From contig CAVQJJ010000010.1 in NCBI GenBank assembly GCA_963712835.1, forward strand, positions 42,950 through 106,949: a DNA stretch of 64,000 nucleotides, read 5' to 3'. How positions within the stretch are numbered: the stretch's first letter is position 1; each line of letters opens with the position of its first letter. Shown here piece by piece: positions 62,800-64,000 of this stretch. This DNA comes from an uncultured Alphaproteobacteria bacterium. GTDB taxonomy: Bacteria; Pseudomonadota; Alphaproteobacteria; ATCC43930; CGMCC-115725. The position numbers and the translations under genes are program-made. Under the pieces are notes generated by a model. The model searched no databases and was not told the DNA's origin. It worked only from the letters and a program-made list of their open reading frames with translations.

Positions 62800-64000
62800 T
62801 CATGACCCGGTTCGCCGTGCGATTGCCGCGGCGATCGCCTCGCCGGCGACCGTCGCATCATCGAACGGCAGGGTTTCGCGGCCGACGACCTGTCCCGTCT
62901 CATGTCCCTTGCCGGCGATGACCAGCACGTCGCCCGGTTGCAGTGCGGCGGTCGCGGTGAAAATCGCCTCGCGCCGGTCGCCGAGTTCGCGCGCGCCGGG
63001 CGCGGCGGCGAGGACCGCCCGACGAATCGCCGCTGGGTCCTCGCTGCGCGGGTTGTCGTCGGTGACGTAGAGGATATCGGCGGTTTCGGCGCAAGCCTGC
63101 CCCATCATCGGCCGCTTGCCGGGGTCGCGGTCGCCGCCCGCGCCGAACACCACCGTGAGGCTGCCGGTCGCATGCGGTCGCGCCGCGGTCAGCACCGTTC
63201 TCAGCGCATCGGGCGTATGGGCATAGTCGACGAAGACCGCCGCCCCATTGAATTCGCCGATGAATTGCATGCGGCCGGGCACCGTCGTCAGCGGGTCGAG
63301 CGCGGCCACGGCTTGTCCGACATCGCTGCCGGTGGCGATCGCCAGCCCGAGCGCGGCCAGCACGTTCATCGCCTGGAACTCGCCGATCAGCTTCAGCTCG
63401 ACCTGGTGCGGCGTGCCGAAAAGGCTGAGGCTGATGCGCTGGCCGTCATGCCTGGTCTCGCGGCCGATCAACCTGAGATCGGCCGCCGCGTCTTTGCCAT
63501 AGGCGACAACCTTGCCGCCGCGCTCCGCCGTCAGCGCCTTGAAATGCGCGAATTCCGGGCTGTCGGCATTGAGCACGGCGGTGCCGCCGGGCGCGAGCAG
63601 CGCGCCGAACAGGCGCCCTTTCGCGGCGCGGTACGTTGCCATGTCGCCGTGGTAGTCGAGATGGTCGCGCGTCAGGTTGGTGAAGGCGGCGGCGGCGAAT
63701 TCGATGCCGTCGAGCCGGAACTGCGCGAGCCCGTGGCTCGACGCCTCGATTGCGGCGCAATCGACGCCGCGCCCGGCGAGTTCGGAGAGGGTCCGGTGCA
63801 GCGCAACCGGGTCGGGCGTCGTCAGCGCGCCGGGATGGCGTTCCCCGCCCGTCACCCAGCCCAGCGTGCCGAGACTTGCGGATTTGCGGCCCAGCGCCTG
63901 CCAAATCTCGCGCGTGAAATGCGCGACCGAGGTCTTGCCGTTGGTGCCGGTGACCCCGGCGATGGTCGCCGGCCGGCGCGGATAAAATCGCGACGCCATC
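62800..64000 (-). CDS. murE: UDP-N-acetylmuramoyl-L-alanyl-D-glutamate--2,6-diaminopimelate ligase (5' end beyond window)
   Basis: VTGTNGKTS, EASSHGL, FTNLTRDHLDYH, VDYAHTPDAL, FGAGGDRDPGKRP, DDNPRSEDP (the DNPR motif specific to MurE), AGKGHE. Confidence 0.93.
   Translation of the reverse strand, partial: MASRFYPRRPATIAGVTGTNGKTSVAHFTREIWQALGRKSASLGTLGWVTGGERHPGALTTPDPVALHRTLSELAGRGVDCAAIEASSHGLAQFRLDGIEFAAAAFTNLTRDHLDYHGDMATYRAAKGRLFGALLAPGGTAVLNADSPEFAHFKALTAERGGKVVAYGKDAAADLRLIGRETRHDGQRISLSLFGTPHQVELKLIGEFQAMNVLAALGLAIATGSDVGQAVAALDPLTTVPGRMQFIGEFNGAAVFVDYAHTPDALRTVLTAARPHATGSLTVVFGAGGDRDPGKRPMMGQACAETADILYVTDDNPRSEDPAAIRRAVLAAAPGARELGDRREAIFTATAALQPGDVLVIAGKGHETGQVVGRETLPFDDATVAGEAIAAAIARRTGS

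Noticed and set aside
62800-64000. First assumed by position (the gene preceding mraY) to be murF.
   Set aside because: The sequence carries MurE-specific motifs (DNPR, SSHGL, FTNLTRDHLDYH, GGDRD..KRP) and none of the MurF ones, so it was re-called as murE.

Overview
GC-rich alphaproteobacterial chromosome segment with Hyphomicrobiales/Rhizobiales-type gene order. It is densely coding, with about 60 protein genes. I found no rRNA, tRNA, CRISPR array, transposase or integrase. Left part (1-21 kb) looks origin-proximal: aroE-maf-DUF299 (ppsR-like) on the minus strand, then a 414-bp AT-richer gap (candidate oriC), then hemE-hemH-hemJ-rho. After qor/ogt/DUF255 come fdx-mnmE-mnmG-rsmG-parA-parB with two near-consensus parS sites, converging on leuS-lptE-holA. 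Middle part (22-42 kb) is more accessory. It holds ribA, an orphan OmpR-type response regulator coupled to a GT8-like gene, GT39 plus a methyltransferase, a CHRD protein, a C13-peptidase pair, pterin/folate genes (phhB, folB, folP) and mscL. It also holds a Mo-hydroxylase large subunit + CoA ligase + crotonase cluster, and hyuB-hyuA translationally coupled to a TonB-like gene. Right part (37.5-64 kb) is an unbroken 20-gene minus-strand block: hyuA, hyuB, the TonB-like gene, ligA, recN, a NEW3-domain/ABC-2 module wedged between recN and bamD, lpxC, ftsZ-ftsA-ftsQ and murB-murC-murG-ftsW-murD-mraY-murE. Best leads: (1) the dcw cluster lacks both ddl and murF at their canonical slots; (2) the NEW3/ABC-2 module is inserted into the conserved bamD-recN junction, with an alphaproteobacterial SOS-box-like GTTC-N7-GTTC now upstream of the module rather than of recN; (3) an orphan Mo-hydroxylase large subunit is coupled to a CoA ligase and a crotonase; (4) mnmE has a conserved N-terminus with no canonical start codon; (5) candidate oriC and parS sites. 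All calls come from reading the sequence and ORF track by eye. No database search or computation was run.
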